Of a stretch of DNA of 64,000 nucleotides, positions 62,614 to 64,000 are shown one piece after another. The notes beneath the pieces were generated by a model. It was not told the origin of the DNA and searched no databases. It was given only the letters and a program-made list of their open reading frames with translations. Position numbers and translations under genes: made by a program. Origin of the DNA: Clostridiales bacterium (GTDB lineage: Bacteria > Bacillota > Clostridia > DUOD01); assembly GCA_012838995.1 (NCBI GenBank), contig DUOD01000063.1, forward strand, positions 1,383-65,382, given 5' to 3'. The first letter of the stretch is position 1; each line of letters opens with the position of its first letter.

Positions 62614-63837
62614 TTACGATATTACTCTTTCCAGCATCTCTATAGCCTTTTGTAATTGTGTATCCTCTTCATCTTTTATATCCAGCTTTTTCAATAATTC
62701 CTTCGGCAGTTCAACTTGTACATCGGGTGTTACACCCACGCCGTCTATACTTTTTCCGTTGGGTGTATAGTAACGTTCTGTTGTAAGCTTTAAGGTGGAG
62801 CCGTCCTTAAAATCTATTATGGCCTGCACCGAACCCTTGCCATAAGTTTGGGTACCAATGACGAATCCCGCGCTGTTATCCTGTATGGCCCCTGCAAGGA
62901 TTTCTGAAGCACTGGCGCTCATTTCATTAACCAGAACCGCAATGGGAAGGCCTATACTTTCTTCATCCGACCATTTCTCATCCCTATTGCCCTCTTTATC
63001 TTCGGTGTATACTATCAACGCCTCGGGAAGGAGTAAGTCTGCAATTTGTGTACAAATATGGAGGTATCCTCCCGGATTATTCCTTACATCCACCACTAAG
63101 GCCTTTAGTTCATTATTCTCCATTAAAGCTTCCAAACCCTTGGTAAATTCCTCGGCGGTGTTTTGATCAAAGGACGAAATGGAAATATACCCAATACCAT
63201 CCTTGAGCATCCTGTGTTCTATAGTGTCCTGGACGATGATATCCCTCACTAAAGTAAACTCCAGCAAATCCTCCTCGCCCTCACGGTATATGGTAACGGT
63301 AACCTGGGTGCCCTTTTCACCCCTTAGCATGTTAACCGCCAGGTCATAATTTTTATAACTTACCTCTTTGCCGTCTATTTTAACCAATTTATCCCCGGGC
63401 AGTATCCCGGCCTTCATACCGGGGCTGTCCTTAAAGGGTTTTACCACGGTAATCATCATATCCTCCGGGTCAATTGTTACCAATAACCCCACTCCGCCAT
63501 AGGTGCCCGATAAATTTATCTGAAGTTCGGCATTCTCCTCCGGAGTCAAATAAGCCGAATACCTATCACCTAGGGTGGCCACCATACCCTTTATCGCCCC
63601 GTCCATAAGGGCTTGATCATCACTTTCTCCGATATACCGTTTCTTGATAAGATCTTTTATTTCGTACATCTTCTGGACTTTCATTAACTTATTGTAATCT
63701 TCCCGGGATATAATAACCCGGTCGCCTTTTTTAACGTTTATATATTCACTTATTTTTATGGTAAGCACGCCTGTAACAATGCTGGAAATCAATATTAATA
63801 TTACTGCACCTAATGCCAGTTTTCTTCTGCTCATCAT
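62614..63837 (-). CDS. ctpB: Carboxyl-terminal processing protease (S41 family, CtpA/CtpB-like) with PDZ domain and N-terminal membrane anchor
   Basis: PDZ (PGMKAGILPGDKLVKIDG), catalytic Ser region (NEMSASASEI), Lys region (TYGKGSVQ). Confidence 0.88.
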   Translation of the reverse strand: MMSRRKLALGAVILILISSIVTGVLTIKISEYINVKKGDRVIISREDYNKLMKVQKMYEIKDLIKKRYIGESDDQALMDGAIKGMVATLGDRYSAYLTPEENAELQINLSGTYGGVGLLVTIDPEDMMITVVKPFKDSPGMKAGILPGDKLVKIDGKEVSYKNYDLAVNMLRGEKGTQVTVTIYREGEEDLLEFTLVRDIIVQDTIEHRMLKDGIGYISISSFDQNTAEEFTKGLEALMENNELKALVVDVRNNPGGYLHICTQIADLLLPEALIVYTEDKEGNRDEKWSDEESIGLPIAVLVNEMSASASEILAGAIQDNSAGFVIGTQTYGKGSVQAIIDFKDGSTLKLTTERYYTPNGKSIDGVGVTPDVQVELPKELLKKLDIKDEEDTQLQKAIEMLERVIS

Positions 63838-64000
63838 AAGATATATCGCCCCTCAATCATCAATATGGAAGTCTTATTAAATATATTAGAATCACATAGC
63901 CATTATAACACTTAAATTTTTCATTATCAAAATAATTACCTTTGGTAGCCACTGCAAAATTAAGGACTGCCCTTTGGGCAGCCCCCAAGTACATACTTTA

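Overview
This is a 64 kb chromosomal window from a spore-forming Firmicute, probably Clostridia-class, with GC in the low 40s. Gene content and order match the conserved lysS/greA, ftsH/tilS/hpt/spoIIE and purR/spoVG/glmU/prs/pth/mfd/spoVT/yabM-R housekeeping and sporulation neighbourhood. Most genes lie on the minus strand.

Confident calls:
- lysS (5' part only, truncated at the window start and absent from the ORF track), greA, dusB, coaX, an ECF S-component, birA, an L,D-transpeptidase, ftsH, hpt, tilS, spoIIE.
- A five-gene tRNA operon on the minus strand: Leu(TAA), fMet, Met, Glu(TTC), Val(TAC).
- ppx/gppA, yabR, divIC, yabQ, yabP, spoIID, yabO, hup, mazG/yabN, spoVB/yabM, spoVT, a PrsA-like PPIase lipoprotein, mfd, pth, prs, glmU, spoVG, purR, murC.
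- uvrA, uvrB, an ABC exporter, a LacI regulator with a GH4 glycosidase, a DacB-like carboxypeptidase, a CtpB-like S41 protease.

No rRNA, CRISPR array, transposase or obvious prophage was seen.

The less ordinary material sits in two accessory-looking stretches, 36-47 kb and 59-64 kb:
- An ECF sigma factor gene with an ECF-type TGTAAC-N17-CGT promoter. Its reading frame is broken by an in-frame TAA exactly between sigma-2 and sigma-4. A membrane anti-sigma gene with a large extracytoplasmic domain follows, then VanW.
- A c-di-AMP (ydaO-class) riboswitch in front of a PG-binding/3xLysM cell-wall hydrolase.
- A B12-binding radical SAM gene with a divergent 75-aa peptide ORF, beside a consensus promoter driving two tandemly duplicated mini-ORFs.
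- An unannotated 42-aa hydrophobic peptide gene with a strong RBS.
- An 8-copy, 29-bp tandem repeat array that spans the stop codon of dacB and ends in a bidirectional terminator.
- A translationally coupled ctpB / polytopic PDZ membrane protein / tandem-Walker-A ATPase cluster.

Several sporulation-type promoters (sigma-G-like before spoVT, sigma-H-like before spoVG) and many rho-independent terminators are readable directly from the sequence.
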